DNA of 63,680 nucleotides, filler included, from Choristocarpus tenellus KU-1152 (Eukaryota > Protista > Phaeophyceae), in NCBI GenBank assembly GCA_964200185.2. It is 11 parts of 11 records of this genome, joined end to end, with 100 filler letters (N's around TTAATTAATTAA, not from the genome) between each part and the next. Parts side by side here need not be neighbours in the genome. Positions count along the whole stretch, not along the records: positions 48,361 to 53,847 come from CAXNAD020010636.1; positions 53,948 to 57,854 come from CAXNAD020017215.1; positions 57,955 to 60,470 come from CAXNAD020027152.1; positions 60,571 to 63,680 come from CAXNAD020022263.1; 7 more parts are not named here. One strand, written 5' to 3'. Below the pieces are notes generated by a model, which saw only the letters and a list, made by a program, of their open reading frames with translations, was not told the origin of the DNA and did no database searches. Both the position numbers and the translations under genes were made by a program. Below are positions 52,276 to 63,680 of this stretch, one piece after another; within the stretch, counting starts at the first letter, position 1; every line of letters begins with the position of its first letter.

Positions 52276-53807
52276 AGGCAGCAATGTAACATAACATCGA
52301 GATTACGAAGCTTTAAGGGAGCCTTGTAGCATAGCTGATATTCAAATAGTAGATAGATTTTAGAGATATATCTTTCGCATTTAAGACAACTGTTATTTGT
52401 ACAGGGGTCCTTGTGGTATTGGTTTGGCTTTTGCCCCAAGAGCCAAAGCAAGCGAGCGATACCTAGGTTTTGGCAGTTAACGTTCGACTACAATAAAATA
52501 AAAAAATCCGTAAACATTTATAATCCAAATATATTCACAGTGCAAGTTCATAATGGTGTTTATGAAACCGCCATAGAGAACCATTGCGTGTAATATGCTT
52601 CCCTGCATGAAGCACATAGAAGTTCCAACGCTATCAAACGGGAATCGTAGAAGGAAAAAAAAAACACATTTCCCTGTTTTATAATGAGCAAGATAGATAT
52701 GAAATTAATGTCTTTGGCCGATCCTCATATATCCATAGGCAACGTCAGAGGATTCGAGGGAAGAAACCGAGTGCGTAAAAACTCACGGACAATATGACCC
52801 TTAGCGATAGATACGCTACGATGACACTTGCACCTCCCAACGCTCGCTCTGTATTTGACTTAATTTCAAGGTACAAAAACTTTAATACAGAGGATTTTCA
52901 ACATGCTTTCTAAATACACTTTCCCCTTCTACAACAACAAAAAATGTTCACGAAGCAAAACACACATAAATAATAGAGTTTTCCCCACAAAGGTCACATA
53001 CACACAGAATGAGGTACTGTCAGGCAAACACAATCACAAAATAAACAAAATACTTGTGCAGTTGCAAAATGGCATGGTTCCCTTCGTGCATTGATCTTCT
53101 GTGAAGGCTAAAGTTATTGATTCTGTTCAGCGTCACAGCATAGCCGCCACCACATTCCAAGCAAAAGATTATTTCGTTTTTGGTTATCTTGAGGGTTTGG
53201 CATTCTTACTTGGACCTTTCTATGACTGATCTATATGGATCTTTTCACAAGACCCTATTTTCTGCTGGACACGAAACTGCCTCTCCAACTGTCTTTTGTG
53301 TTCTTGGATATTTCCAATGCCTCTGGTATGGTCTTGATTCGAGACCCTTTCCAAAGGTCTCTTCCCCAATACATGTCGCCTGCCCTCTCGGTTGTGTGGG
53401 GTGCAATAACAGATCACAGTACTCAAGCAGAGAGAGGTGTAGCGCCTGTGGCCTGACTGACAAGCCCGTTGAAGTTGGATTCAATGCAAGAATAAATTGC
53501 AATGATTTTGTGGAGCTCCTGCTATTTGGGTATCACCTTATTCCCGTCAGTTCCACATAGACAACATGAATACCTCGATGCGGACACAGTCACCAACGGG
53601 TTCTTGAATAAGTAGGTCACAGACATCATGATAGCCCATCATCGTGATAAATATGCCCACTCATGAGGACTCAGATATGACCTGTTGTCGCACCATGTGG
53701 GAGTGGGTATGGATAACCGTGCTCGATAGCACTAGATACTCAAGTTATTCTTCCGACTCTCGTTGGCACCAAGATTGTGTGCTTCTATAATCAAGCAAAG
53801 ACTACTA

Positions 53808-53847
53808 GGGTCAAAGTATCTGGGGGGGGAGGGGTGGTTTGTGAGGG
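53808..53847 (+). mobile_element. Truncated left end of MITE family C
   Basis: GGGTCAAAGTATCTGGGG...GGTTTGTGAGGG matches the arm of 57262-57468. Other truncated AAAGTATC ends lie at 13130, 22830-22856 and 57805-57854. Confidence 0.75.
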
Positions 53848-54259
53848 NNNNNNNNNNNNNNNNNNNNNNNNNNNNNNNNNNNNNNNNNNNNTTAATTAAT
53901 TAANNNNNNNNNNNNNNNNNNNNNNNNNNNNNNNNNNNNNNNNNNNNCCCCCCTGGATGCTTTGACCCCCTTGCCACTCGCATCGATCTGCACCCTCCGG
54001 CTCCTCCTTCATAAATCATACACTAAATATGCAATACATATCGCTGACCTATTATGCCACATCCACACCTTCCCTCGCATTGACACCATAGATCACATGA
54101 TAAATACACACACGCATTTAGTCATGAACCACACACCGTCCGATCAAACTTGCATCCACCGAACTTGATTTTGAATGAGTCTGCCAATCGGTAAACCAAC
54201 ACTAAACCCCATGCTTTTGTTTCCTTTCACGTTACAATGTCGGCCACATATACTGCGTA

Positions 54260-56720
54260 CGCTACATGGACAGATACCACCCTCTCATGTGTATGAATTT
54301 CCCCAATCACAACAATTGATACCTGTTTGCAACTCACGGCACTATACACCCATGAGTCCCTTGCTAACACAAATATTCCACCAAGGCAACAACAGATTTG
54401 GTCCACACATTATGTCACACCCGTGCCTTCCCTTCATGCCCACAACACAAGTCACAGTACGATCGCTCATAGCGTGGTTGTCAAGCGACCGCAAAAAGTC
54501 CATGCGGTCTTGCAGTCATGAGACTCTATTTCTCTCGTTAGTCCGCCAGTCGGCAAAAACTAACCAAAGGAAACTCCAGGTTTTTGGTTTCATCGCACAC
54601 TCCCATCCGTCCTTACCAAACAATTCTTACTGTGATAGAGGTATCACTTATCAATACAAAGGAAATATGCAATCACATAGAAGCGGTCACAGCACAATGC
54701 CTCAGTGCCGTCGCTAGCTCCATCACTAACCGGCCCTCCCCTCATACGCTGAATCGCCACAACCCTTAGGATTGGACGGACAGGGATGGTAGACAGCACA
54801 GTAACACATACACAAAACTTCTACACATCGACACGTTCCGCACACAGGAGATAGTCCACCTTCCGTCTTACAAGATTGACCGTGCAGGACGACACGACCC
54901 ACGTGTCCCAAACCTCAGTGGAATGAAGTCCATGCACAGGTTCTTCACTGGTCGGCTCACACCCAGCGGCTCCCGTACATTGGTATACACCGAACTGTCC
55001 TGCTACTGCACAAACTGTTCCATCGGCAACCTCGCCCAATGCAGGTGGCAACCAATCCACGTGCTCCCACTCAAGAAAATAGACCTCGGATTTTCCACCG
55101 AAGCGGGAACAGGTGATATGTATCTGAGAAGTCAGCTATCTAGGAAGAAGAGACAGCTCACCGAGGGGAACATATGCATTGTGCGGACGCAGCCATCGGA
55201 GTACAATGGTATAGAGTTCTTGACGTTGACTGTCCACCGCAAGGACACGATTCAATGGAACGCAAGACACCACTCCAGCTATGGAGGGATGTTCAGTGCT
55301 GGAGATGAGATCGTCTTTGTCACTGAAGACTTCGACGTGCTGAATGCCGGCTTCATTGATGGCGTGCCAACTATCCACATGCCACGGACGGACAAGGTGG
55401 GTAACGTTTCTTATTGCCTTCTAACACAAACCAATGCCCCACACGAACGAATCCACGCTGTCCCTATACACATGTCACATATCCCCTCATATCCCCTCTA
55501 ACCAACATAGAATTCCTCCCCCATAACGTCCAACCCTGGCGTCCAAACCAGTGTCCTTTTGTTCTCCCAACTTTCAACCGCCACTGACACCTCTCTCAAG
55601 CAATATTTCACAGCTTACGTAGAGCGAATAGACGCATCCCATACGTTCGTTTCGCTGCCTAAGTGTATCCTCAATCATCCATATAAAACTATCCGTGTTT
55701 CTAAAAAACAAACAAACAAACAACACGCCCCTCATACAGCTAAACCAGGCCATAACGCGCAAACACATTCCAATTGTCCTACACACCAACACAGCCCCCG
55801 GAACGAACATGTTTGTGGCGATGCAGGACGCACAACCGGGCCCCCGGGTCGTGCCCCTTCAGGCTATCATCATCCCAGACTTCACAGACATCGACCACAA
55901 CCACCTGAACAGCACATTCAGGATCCTGCCTGATCAATACCAGAGGTTCGCATCGGAATCCAACCGGCAATCGCTCGATGGGATACCTGCTCGCTTCTCT
56001 AGGCAACTCAGACTTGGGGACACGTCCAAAGCCAGATTCGGTAGAGGAACCAGCTTCATCCTACGCGCGAGTGGGGGGTCAATCGTACAGGGGAAGGTCA
56101 GCAATGTTCACGTAGATGGTTCAGAGAGGCATACATTTACTCAATGTCCTACCTCCCGGACGATGGCGAAAAATATGTACCCCCCCTCAACCGGGGTCGT
56201 ACATAACAGAGGACGTGATCGAAGAGGGTGTCAACCAATTTCGAGACAAGGACAAAAGAGGGACGGTGACGAGACTGCAGCCCTGTGTGTCCGACTCCAC
56301 TGTCGGTCACGAAAGCGTGGGGACGTGGACAGGTCTATATATAGAAATATAGCCCCCTTGAACCGACACTGAGTTATATGTGCCGGATTCAGATGAGGGA
56401 GTAACGCTCCATGCCAGAACCAAGGGAAGGGGACTATACTTCGGATGGGACGATCAACGGATGCGAGGGACCGTGACTAAGTACCAGCCCCACTACACAC
56501 GGTCTAAGTTAGTGAAAAGCGAGTCAGCTACCCCCACAAGGTCAAACGGGAGAATGGCGACTTGCGAAATATGCAGCTCCTTGTCTAACACTACACCATT
56601 GACCAAGACTCTCTTAAACGGGCCTGGTTCTGGAAGTCCTACACAGTCACCATATTGACGACAGACATGGCTTTGAGAAGCAACATAGGCCAATATCTGT
56701 TCGTGAGTCACCCTCCACTT
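54260..56720 (+). pseudogene. Decayed Sola2-like transposase C-terminal half followed by a Ulp1/C48-protease-like region
   Basis: WTD (54267), HKSQYD(+1)AHSVVVKR (54446-54488), GMKSMHRF...LSCYCTNC..G....C (54920-55043). Downstream: YITEDVIEEG, APLNRH*VIC, TCEIC, LRSNIGQYL. Confidence 0.5.
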
Positions 56721-57261
56721 CGCCAGTCAGACACATGCCTCCACAGACATATTATGATGGACAGGGATTATACGTTCTATAAAACAACGGACTTGTGCAT
56801 TTGATATATATATTGAATTTATTATCCTCCCGAAGAGTTTGTGTTTATGTGTCCTCGTACACATGTACTTATTGGCCCTATGGCAACCTAAATTTCGTCT
56901 CCATTAGTGCGTTCTGCCACCATTCTCTAATACTTCTACTGCAATGCCGCCCCAATCCTTTTTCCTCCCCCCTTTGCGCTGATAGGACCACAGAGCAATT
57001 GGCAGGAACCTTACCAGGAGGACGTTCACGCACAAACATCTCGTACTCCACTCTACCATCTTCAGCACACGTCGAAATTTCCGCAACATATGCCATCTCT
57101 TCCACTCCCTAACCAAGCGGCGGCAACCAGGCAGACCCCAGGCTTTGAACCCAAAGGACAACTTCCCTGAGCCATAACAACGTAGTCTACACCCACTCAA
57201 GCGCCAAGAGTACATCTTTAATGCATTTTGGCCTAAAATACTTCATACAAGGACGGTGACC

Positions 57262-57468
57262 GGGTCCAAGTATCGTGGGGGATGGTGGTTTGTGAGGGGG
57301 CGTCCGTTTCGGTCCAGACGAAATACTCATAAATGATAGGAATTCTTGTCTTCATTCGTCAATTCTCCGCGACTGAAGACAGGAATTCCTATGATTTTTG
57401 AGTAATTCGTCCGGACCAAAACGGACTCCCCCTCACAAACCAACCCCCCCCTTAAGATACTTTGGCCC
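57262..57468. mobile_element. MITE family C: almost fully palindromic ~205-bp hairpin element
   Basis: The arms pair from GGGTCCAAGTATC/GATACTTTGGCCC inward to a short loop near 57360. Confidence 0.9.
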
Positions 57469-57675
57469 CAGTCTGTGTTGTCTTGAGAAGCGAACAGGTA
57501 TCCCGCCGAGGGATTGCCGATTGGATTCCGCAGTGAATCTTTGGTATTGACCAGGGAGGATGGTGTACGTATTGTCGAGGTTGTTATGACGAAGGTGTGT
57601 GAAGTCAGAGTCGAGGATAGCCTGAAGGGGAACGACCCGGGGACCTGGTTGAGCGGTCTGCAGAGCAACCACATT
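57469..57675 (-). pseudogene. Diverged inverted paralogue of 55810-56018
   Basis: AQPGPRVVPLQAI...YQRF..ESNRQSL.GIP.RFSRQ.RLG is shared, with several third-position differences. Confidence 0.8.
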
Positions 57676-57958
57676 TTTTTGTGTTGATTGGGTCCGGGTA
57701 TAACGAGTTAGACCCTGAAGACCATTGTGTGTGAGACAGCAACAGTGTTCGTAGTGGAGAGGTGTTGTTTGGTGGGGTGTTATTTGGTGGGGTGTTGTTG
57801 ATGCGAGTGAAAGTATCTTAGAGGGTACGAGTTTTGCCCTGTTTGTCCATTTGGNNNNNNNNNNNNNNNNNNNNNNNNNNNNNNNNNNNNNNNNNNNNTT
57901 AATTAATTAANNNNNNNNNNNNNNNNNNNNNNNNNNNNNNNNNNNNNNNNNNNNTGAG

Positions 57959-57992
57959 GGGACTGGAGTTCCGACGTGTGCTCTCCCGCTCT
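57959..57992 (+). other. Illumina TruSeq adapter remnant (assembly artefact)
   Basis: 30/34 match to GTGACTGGAGTTCAGACGTGTGCTCTTCCGATCT at a contig start. Confidence 0.9.
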
Positions 57993-58154
57993 CTGCAGAT
58001 GTTTCCCCCCCCCCCCCCCCCCCCCCCTCCCCCCCCACCTGCCTTTCCACTCCCTTCCCCCCCTTGTTCTTCACGGCACCCTACTAGATTCATCATCAAC
58101 CGGAATCCCACTATCCTACCTTGATTATTCCTGTGATTGTTTGTTGTTCTCCAG

Positions 58155-59372
58155 GAAATCCCTCAGCACTCCTATACAAGTTGGATTGCAGCAAGGTCAA
58201 ACAGTTATCGGCAACGCCTTCTAGGTTACTCTGCTGCTGCTCTTGGCTCAGCTAGTGCTGGGCATATAAGGGGGAGTGAGGGAGAATGGGGAGGATCTCC
58301 TCCAAACCAGGGAAACAAAGCATGGGGAGAGGTGGGGAAGAATCTGCTGGAAGTGGGCGGTGGCAGTGGAGGAGGAACCAGTGCAGGACAGGATAAAGTA
58401 AGGGTACAGGGGAGTGGAGACCCTGTCCAGAGAATTTGTGTCACCCTTGCCATGACAACATGCAAGCGATTGGCACGGTTCCGAGAAACTATTGCTGCAC
58501 TTCAGGTGAATGAAGGGGGAATTGGCGGATTTGTTGACTCACTATGGCCTAGGAAAGGGGGAGGGATTTTCTGCTATTGATTTGACGTGACAATACCTTG
58601 AGAAAATACAGCATGAATATCTTTGATGGGTATTTGGGAAGTTGATTTCTGCTTTGCTACTGCAACACATGTTCCCCTTTTTTATTCCCTACATTGTTCA
58701 TTGCCTCTGTCATGGCCTTTGCTCCCAGTCTCTCTCTCAATGGTGTGGCCATTGGTGGTACAATTGAAGTGAGCTAGAAAGAGGTGTAAGTACCCTAAAA
58801 CAGTGGGCCACATATGGCAAATGTACATTTGACCATCCAAATATGCATACACCATTGCATATTTCAATATTGCAACAGCTTCGACTGTATAGAGTCACAG
58901 GGGGCTAACACTTGATGATGGCCTGCCATATTGCCTTCTCTGTCACCACATACTACCCCCTTCCACAATATGTGAGGCGCCAGGGGTGCCAAGATTGATA
59001 TGGTGGCAGATGCTGCAGGGTTGATGTAGGCATCCTTTGTGAAAATAATGATTTTGTACCTAAACTTCATTATTGCTATTGCACCTTCTCAGGATATTCT
59101 TGGCCCTCTCCCAGCCCCTCGATCTACAAGCAGCATGGGTCACTCAACGTCTACATCGGAGGCAAGGGCAAGGGCAAGGACAGGGGCAAGGACAGTGACG
59201 GGAGCAGGGGCAGATGAGGGGTTGAAGCCAGGAACAAGGAATGAGGCCGAGGCTGGTGCTTTGGTGTGTGAAGTTATTGTTGTTGATGATGCAAGTACAG
59301 CAGATGAACGTGCTGCCATGGCAGCCGAGTTCCCGGGCTTCACTTTTGTTCTCAAATCTCCTGGGAGGAAGG
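58155..59372 (+). CDS. GT2-like (GT-A fold) glycosyltransferase, two internal exons
   Basis: 58155-58505 (VTLAMTTCKRLARFRETI) and 59093-59372 (EVIVVDDASTADERAAMAAEFPGFTFVLK), with canonical splice sites in phase. Confidence 0.8.
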
Positions 59373-60270
59373 GTGAGGTGACTTGTATATAGACCTGTTC
59401 CATTCCATGTCAATGGATGGGGTTGTCTTCATATTACGCCACTCCAGACAGCTCCAAAAAGTGAACAAAGTACACACCGGGTGTTCATTCCTTTCTCGAG
59501 TGATTGCCAGTAAGGAGTGGGCGTTGCAGTACCCCAGAGACCTGCGAAGTAAAAGTGATTATTTTGCACTAGTATGTGGAGTCAAAGTAAACGAGAGGTA
59601 CTCAGGTTTTGGCAGCTTGGCATTTACAGCCATGTTTTAAAATCTGTAATGTAATTTGTCCGTGTTTCTATGGATGAAGTTCTAAGTTTGACTTGAGAGT
59701 GTTGATTTCTCTATTGTTTGAGAAGTTTTCTACACGATTCCAGAAATATTCCTGTACTGATTTGTACAAAAAAAAATAGTTAGTTTTGAACATGTCTGTC
59801 AGCGTCCTCATAATGCTACACTGGGTGCCTCACATTTACTTTGACTCATTCTAGTTTTGAACTATATCGCATGCAATGATTGGACATATGTCCTATGGAG
59901 CAAATAGATCAAGTGATTGATATGGTTTTTGGTATGTCAAGGCCGAAGTTGAAGGCTTAACTCTTCCTGGGGTACATCTATCTTCCACTTGCGACTCAGG
60001 TCAAGAGCTCGGACGTTGCATTCCAGTGCATTTCGTAGGTTTATAACCCCATGTACTGGTATGTGCTTGCCAAAAAAGACTAAAACTGACTCTTGTGTGC
60101 ACAATGCTTCACATCTATCTGCCTGTTACTTTTTGGGCGTATGCGTATCCAAGAGACTTAAGCAGTCAAGAGAGATAGAGGAGGAACAGCGTTTGGTGTA
60201 AATTAAACCAACCACTTAACTCTACACTGGTGCTTTCGTTGACTATTGATGGGGCAGAAAAAAATCCTAA

Positions 60271-60453
60271 GGCTCAAAGTATCCGGGGGGGGGGGTAGCG
60301 GCTGTCCATTTGGAGCCAATTCTTTTATGTCACGATTTTTGGGTGATTTGGTTGTATACATCGGATGGATAAAGTAAGTGCACTTTTCCTGGTTATGGCA
60401 CAAACGGACACCCTCGTCCAGACCCCCCTCCCCCCCCCCAGATACTTTGGGTC
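60271..60453 (+). mobile_element. MITE family B, TSD CTAA
   Basis: GGCTCAAAGTATC...GATACTTTGGGTC, with CTAA on both flanks. Confidence 0.92.
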
Positions 60454-61269
60454 CTAAACGATTTTCCAACNNNNNNNNNNNNNNNNNNNNNNNNNNNNNN
60501 NNNNNNNNNNNNNNTTAATTAATTAANNNNNNNNNNNNNNNNNNNNNNNNNNNNNNNNNNNNNNNNNNNNCCCTACACAACATCCCAGGCCAGAAACTAT
60601 CCCCCACCCCCCCCGCTCCACATGCCAGGGTACCCCCCCCCCCCCACCTCCCAACCCACCCTCAGCATCCCTGACACTGATTTGGAGTCAGACTTGGTCC
60701 CATTATTTGACTCTCCAGTCCTATGAACTCTGGTCCACTCACCACTCCTCCACCCCCCATGCTACATATACCACCACTTCCGACTGGATTACACATAAAA
60801 CAGTGGAGCCCCCACAGCATCCAGGCTCTATGTCACCCTCTTTTTTTACACCATTGGCTTCCCACACAAAGTCTTCCTTTCATTCCAAGGCCCACCAGGA
60901 TGGGGGACAACGAGTTTGTGCTTCGCCACATTTCCTCAGAAATGCCAGGAGATAAATACTGGGATTGACCAGGTTCGCTCCTGCTGAGAGTTCACGCCTG
61001 AGGGGGCGGTATACACCTCTCGCCACCAAGACAAACCTCCTCGACACATACTCACTTGGAGCGGCTCATATTGGCGAGTAGGCAATGCATAAATGCAATT
61101 TCTCCCTCCTCGGAAACTCTCTCCCTGTCCCACATCCCCCCGGTTGAAACTTTAGTAAAGCCCTGAGCTACTGGAAAGTAGTAACAAGTACTAAGTTCCA
61201 CTTTCCGGTAGGTAATGAGTTTACGTTTGTCAGTACTGTTCCAGCTATGATGACAAGTAGGTCCAAACT

Positions 61270-61528
61270 GAGTGAATGTATCTTAGGGGGCATGATTTTT
61301 GCCCTGTTTGTCCATTTGGGGCTTGACTTCCCATGGTTTTTTCATGACATTTTGCCTACTCCGAAATATTTCGGAGTAGGCAAAATGTGTACGTAATGAA
61401 AAGGTGTGTCCAGAACGTAGATATTGACACTTCCTAGCAAACACAACAGTCAAAATTATATCAAAATCGCAACATCGGATTTTGACCCCCAAATGGACAC
61501 GGCTCTACCCTCTAAGATACTTTAGCTC
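61270..61528 (+). mobile_element. MITE family A, TSD AACT
   Basis: GAGTGAATGTATC...GATACTTTAGCTC, with AACT on both flanks. Confidence 0.92.
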
Positions 61529-63680
61529 AACTCCATACTGCTATTGAGTAACTTTAAGCATTTGCACCTGTGTTGTGAGATACTCTGCTTACTGCAAGTG
61601 AAACAAAGGAATAACTGTATGTTTGTGCCAAATACAGTCCAGTGTTTGCTCTTGCTTAGGAGATGGTACTACAGGTACTGCTGACTTCCTCTTGAACCTG
61701 ATACACACTGTATGCTGTGGATAGGGGTATATGAACTGGATACACAGTTTGGCAAACTCCCATGAGATAACCTCCCTATGAATCTGGACTCCACATCCTT
61801 GAGTGCCTAATGCTGGTGCTACGCTGTAATAGGCGGAATTTCCAGCCCGTCATGGAATCCCTCGCTCCCCATTATGCCTACAGGCTAATCTCTCTACCTT
61901 TCTAGATGCTTGGTGAATACCACAGGGTCCAACTTGGCCAACTGCCTGCGTCTTGAGCTCAGAATATGAACCATAGATTCCGTTTGGTGGATAAGATACG
62001 GTGAAGGCATTGTGCCCACGAACCGCCACGCACATCTCAAACATGAACCCTTCAAGGTGCTTCAGGTGGTGAGAAGTGTATGAAACAAATTTTGGTCGTC
62101 TTTTCTCCACACCCTCTGGCAAGAGCCCGTCACATGGAGGAATACCACCGCCCGTTCCACCTACAACGGGAGTGGGATAGACGATATCAGCTAGGCTCCC
62201 ACAAGGGGTGCGACATATTCCTTCTCTTCATCACTATCGACAGCGACTTCTCCACGTTGAACGCCATGAAGAAGGGATTGAGATTCCCCCTCAAAACGTG
62301 ATACAGGTGTCTAGGAACGTCTCATGCACTGCTCTATCCTCACCCTCTCACATCATGCCTCTACCTCGTCTCCTTATTGGCGCTCTGCTCCTTCCAACAC
62401 ACACTTCTCTGTCACCCTTATTGCTGCACTCATCCTGTATCTGCGGTGTTTCTCTGATATTTATCATTTGCCCGATCTTGTTTGTGGTAGTTAGAGCGGA
62501 CATATATATATATATGTGCCATTTGGAAGGTCCTCTTCTTGGTCTTGGCAAAGATGCTTATAGTTGGCATATTGAGGCAAATCGAAGGTCCTCTCACACC
62601 ACACACAAACAAGGAAGCCAATGATCACCACCTCACACCTTCACCCAATGGCAACTTTTCCTCATATCAAATTTGCAAAGAAGTCCAGTTCCAGCGAGCA
62701 TTTAACTTGTAAACTCAGGTTTATTCAAAATGGTGTTGAACAATATATAGTCAAGAAAGCTGTAAGAAACAGATGAATGAGATACATATTTCAAGAGACC
62801 CATAATTAAAATTGCTGATAAATTACTTTCTTGTCTGAGGACTATCCCAACCCATGATCAGAGGCTCAACATAATGTACTACCTATATCATACCAACTTC
62901 TAAGGTATACGTTGGAGTACAACTAATTGTAGTGCCTCCGTTCGAGCCGTATTTCTTGAGTGTTGATTTCAGTCGTCCCAGACCTTGTTGCTCTGCCTCT
63001 TTTGTTCGACCTTGAGCTGGAAGTACATTGATGTTGTCGCTCAACAATGAAGCCTAGCCATGCCATTCTTGGTCCATCACTTGTACACAAGAAGAATGAC
63101 GTAAGAACTTTTTCAGATCAATCATACCAATTTGATAAGGGTCATGTTAATAAGCGGAAGAGGTGCACATTAATTTAATGGGACCATTCTAATAGTTGGT
63201 CTTGGTTAGGCTGCTGTTGTAACACCAAACAATGTTCTTCGTACTAATCTGTAACAAATCTTCAAGAAGAGTCCCTACTCTGCAGTGATCTGCTAGAGTG
63301 GATAACTACATTTTTTTTTTCTTGGGATCCTTGAGCATACCTTGAAAGGGAGAGTGTACTGCCAGCAATTCGATCATCTCCCACATCACTGGCGGGTACT
63401 GAGGACCTCCACAAAAGCAAAGAAAGACGCAGATCACTCAGTGAGCAAATGTATCAGATCATTATTATTCTGGTTTGTGAGCGTATGATGATTACTTTTA
63501 TTGCTACTTAGAATTAGGTTTAGTCCATCTTTACTGCCCTCCCCTCATACACCATGCTTGCTGCACCATGAGATACACAAGACACTTCACTGCTCACTGC
63601 CCTCATCCTTCCATCCTCCTCTGAGCGTTACCATCTGCTATTAGGGGGGTGTCGTTGATTTGCAAGGGTTTTATGACTCC

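Noticed and set aside
57959-57992. GC-balanced motif at a contig start as a regulatory element
   Set aside because: It matches the Illumina adapter sequence.
27949-59372. Functional cluster of macrodomain, ParB-like, MCM9, protease and glycosyltransferase genes
   Set aside because: These lie on different concatenated contigs, so there is no real linkage.
61850-62330. ORF-rich region sharing GGAATCTCAATCCCTT with ~18440
   Set aside because: The match is too short and no protein family is recognisable.

Overview
This is eukaryotic, intron-rich DNA, most likely a brown alga or related stramenopile. That assignment is inferred from a diatom-like homomeric ACCase, short GT-AG exons and the transposon content. 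The window is not one locus. It is 11 unrelated short contigs joined by identical 100-bp linkers (N44-TTAATTAATTAA-N44), so adjacency across linkers means nothing. Host genes seen: a WDR81-like pseudokinase/BEACH gene (5' part), a complete 9-exon MacroD-type macrodomain gene, a type II membrane HIRSGD glycosyltransferase-like gene, and fragments of acetyl-CoA carboxylase, MCM9, RPN2/PSMD1 and a GT2 glycosyltransferase. The rest is dominated by decayed transposons: Copia, CRE-like RLE LINE ends, plant-type mariners and long-insert IS630/Tc1-like elements. There are also three MITE subfamilies that share a G-N4-AAAGTATC terminus and mostly 4-bp target-site duplications (TSDs). The best candidates for something undescribed are two decayed elements, both recognised by eye. 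One is a Sola2-like transposase followed by a Ulp1/SUMO-protease-like domain, which may be the mobiliser of those MITEs. The other is a ParB/Srx-like gene remnant between ~450-bp inverted repeats. No CRISPR array, rRNA or tRNA was found.
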